DNA of 64,000 nucleotides. Origin: Ostrea edulis. Lineage: Eukaryota. The DNA lies in assembly GCF_947568905.1 (NCBI RefSeq), contig NC_079165.1:41478001-41542000 (forward strand), in the 5' to 3' direction. The notes under the pieces were generated by a model, which worked only from the letters and a program-made list of their open reading frames with translations, was not told the origin of the DNA and searched no databases. The first letter of the stretch is position 1; each line of letters opens with the position of its first letter. This document shows, piece by piece, positions 61,690-64,000 of the stretch. The position numbers and the translations under genes were made by a program.

Positions 61690-62505
61690 ATCATCAAACA
61701 ATTAATTTATTTACCTGCTAGCATGTTCATGAAGCTATCTTAGGACCAAAGCGTGCTAACTATGTCTTAGGACACGTCTTAGTATTCAGCATGTTTCTCA
61801 AAGCTTTCTTAAATTTAGGTATCGCCATAAGTTCGTCGTAATTTTAGGGCAGCATAACCCTTGTTCTAAGATCTTCCCAAGTTTGTGTAAATGATGTTGA
61901 TGCGAAGAGATCAAAGAAATCGTACGCGTGAAAGGATACTTAGAGACATTGACAATCGATAGATAACTTTAACGACGATGCTATCGTGAGTAAGTACAGA
62001 ATTTCGCGGTCTTTGATAACAGTGTTGGCGACCTACCAGTTGTGTTAAGATTCATAGATGAACATCTGTTCATAAACAGAAGAAAACTACCATTCCATTC
62101 ATGTTTGAGGGGTGTGTGAAAGTGAAATTATCGTAAATGTTTTAGCGGGTGTCAAACACAAATCTTATGTTTGGAAAAACTCTTCACTACCCGACCTCTT
62201 TGAAAACGGTACTATATCAGAGGAATGGCTACTCGGAAATGGCGGGTATCCATTGCACCCCTGGCTTCTGACTCCGGTGCTGAATCCAACCACGGAAGCA
62301 CAAGAGCGATTCAATATAGCACACATTCTGTAATTGAACGGGCCTTCGGTGTTTTGAAATCGAGATTCAGATATTTAGACAACAGCGGCAGCACTCTTTT
62401 TGATAGCGTTCAGAGGACATGTGGTATAACCGTAACCTGTGTTGTTCTGCAGAATATATGCATTAGACATCGCATACCATTACCAAATGGTTTTTATTCT
62501 TTGTG
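61690..62505 (+). mobile_element. PIF/Harbinger transposon remnant (HARBI1-like DDE transposase)
   Basis: WLLGNGGYPLHPWLLTPVLNPTTEAQERFNIAH..VIERAFGVLKSRFRYLD..CVVLQNIC, read across a frameshift. An upstream Harbinger-like subterminal region contains catgaagctatcttagg. Confidence 0.85.
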
Positions 62506-62844
62506 ACAATACTGGAATTTGTGTCGATTATGGTGTAATGATGACACAAGAGTGCGGTGTAAAAACGAACTATGAAAATTACGCACTTTGAAAAAAAATT
62601 GAAAGTGCATTAAATTTGCGACCAAGTCAACGCACTTTGAAAAAATATTATTTTTCAAAGTGCGTTGATATCGACCATATTAACACACTTTGCAGAAAAT
62701 AATTTTCAAGGCTCGGTCGATTTTCTTGAAGCTTTCAAAAATGATAGATAATTATTTGAACCTTGATATTTGATGACGTCACTTCCAGATCTGAGATTTT
62801 GACGTTTTGTGGATTTGGATAATTATAAGGGCCTGGCTCTGCGA

Positions 62845-63350
62845 GATCCCTACAATGATTAGACTGTCCATCCCTCTGACCGTCCGTCCGATTCCATTTG
62901 TCTAGAACAATATTCCTTTCCCATGACCAATTCTGGACAAAGCTCTATCCATAGATTACCCATGGTTAGAGGTTGTGGAGTGACCTTGATCCAATTTCCA
63001 ATATCAAAGGTCATTGTAGTTAAACCTATCTGTGTAAAATATTTGTCTGGAGCATATATTTTCTCTACCCTTGACCCACTTGGGCTCAGACTTCACCCAT
63101 AGAGTACCCATGGGTGGAGGATGTGCAGTGGCCGTGAACCAATTTTCTAGATCAAGAGTCAAAGGCGAACTAACTTCGTTGTGTAAAATCCTTGTATGGA
63201 GCATATTTCTCTTCCCTTGGCTTCACCAGGCTCAAACTTCGCCCTTAAATCTTTGCTGAGTACAGAATGGTCCTCTCCGAAAACAATATTTTAGATCTAC
63301 TTTGAATGTATTTTGCTAACAGCGGGATCCTTTAAGATGGTCACCATTTC
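62845..63350. mobile_element. Degenerate HINE-like element
   Basis: ccgtccgtcc tract, two diverged repeats with the gaccttga/aaaggtca motifs, and a cgggatcctttaagatggtcacc end. Confidence 0.5.
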
Positions 63351-63367
63351 AACGACATCCAATTTAA

Positions 63368-63860
63368 TTAGGTTACCTGAGTTACTCTTAAGGCCTATTG
63401 CTATCGGTCCCCATCCGGCCTCCGTCATGCGTTAATAATTGAAAATAATCAACTTCATTTCAAATACTACTGAGCCAATCTTGACCAAATTTTGTATGTA
63501 GCGTCTGTAGGGGAAGGGGAGCATAAATTTAAAAATTTCATAATCCCTTCCCTACAGGGGACTTCAATATTGTGTAAAAGTTGTGAAAATTAGTGCAATC
63601 TTTAAAAATCGTCTTCTCTACCCCAGGGCATGGAACAGACAAACTGAGTATATGATAATAATGAGCAAGGAAGCCTCAAACAAAATTTATAATTTCATTA
63701 CCTCCAGGGCAGGAGTTCTTGTGCTAGGGCGTTGCCATATTGGTCATATAGTGAAAACACAAACTTACTTTCAAAATCTTCTCTACTCCCGAACACAGAG
63801 CAGATCAAATGAGTATATAATAATAACGAGCAAGAAAGCTTCTACCAAGACCAAGTCCTC
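63368..63860. mobile_element. HINE with Cg170-like satellite monomers
   Basis: 5' ttaggttacctgagttactc..cctattgc. Then ~166-bp-class repeats aaaatc(gt)cttctctac..cagacaaactgagtatat..gagcaaggaagcc..caggagttcttgtgctagggcgt, resembling the oyster Cg170/HindIII satellite as I recall it. Confidence 0.7.
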
Positions 63861-64000
63861 TCAAAGAAATATACTACTTAAAGATTTTCTCTACTAATTG
63901 AAATCAAAGTTCCAGAAATGTTGAGATATAAATTTACACATCAATAAATCCAAAAACGCTATGAAAACATACGTGCCTGAAAACAAATAACATAGTGCGA

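Overview
Eukaryotic, AT-rich, intron-containing DNA, most likely an oyster-type bivalve. This is inferred from Cg170-like satellite inside HINE elements, an oyster-style single-exon TLR and a C1qDC gene. Genes: NUBPL (minus strand, 7 exons seen, continues off the left edge) sits head-to-head with TRMT10B (plus strand, 7 exons, complete). A convergent uncharacterised gene has one giant ~4.7 kb exon. A Toll-like receptor is pseudogenised by two frameshifts, a stop and a MITE in its TIR domain. There is an intact two-coding-exon C1q-domain gene. The rest is repeat-rich: HINE/Helentron derivatives, a tRNA-LTR TRIM (Helenus-like), RTE, CR1, L2, DIRS, Penelope-like, L1/Tx1 and Harbinger remnants, many MITEs and hairpins, and a 3.9 kb 49-bp satellite. 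One 149-N assembly gap is present. The most striking observation is a decayed L1/Tx1 LINE whose ORF1 carries two zinc knuckles followed by a complete NADAR (YbiA/DUF1768-type ADP-ribose glycohydrolase-family) domain directly upstream of the ORF2 endonuclease. All calls come from manual translation and motif recognition; no database searches were run.
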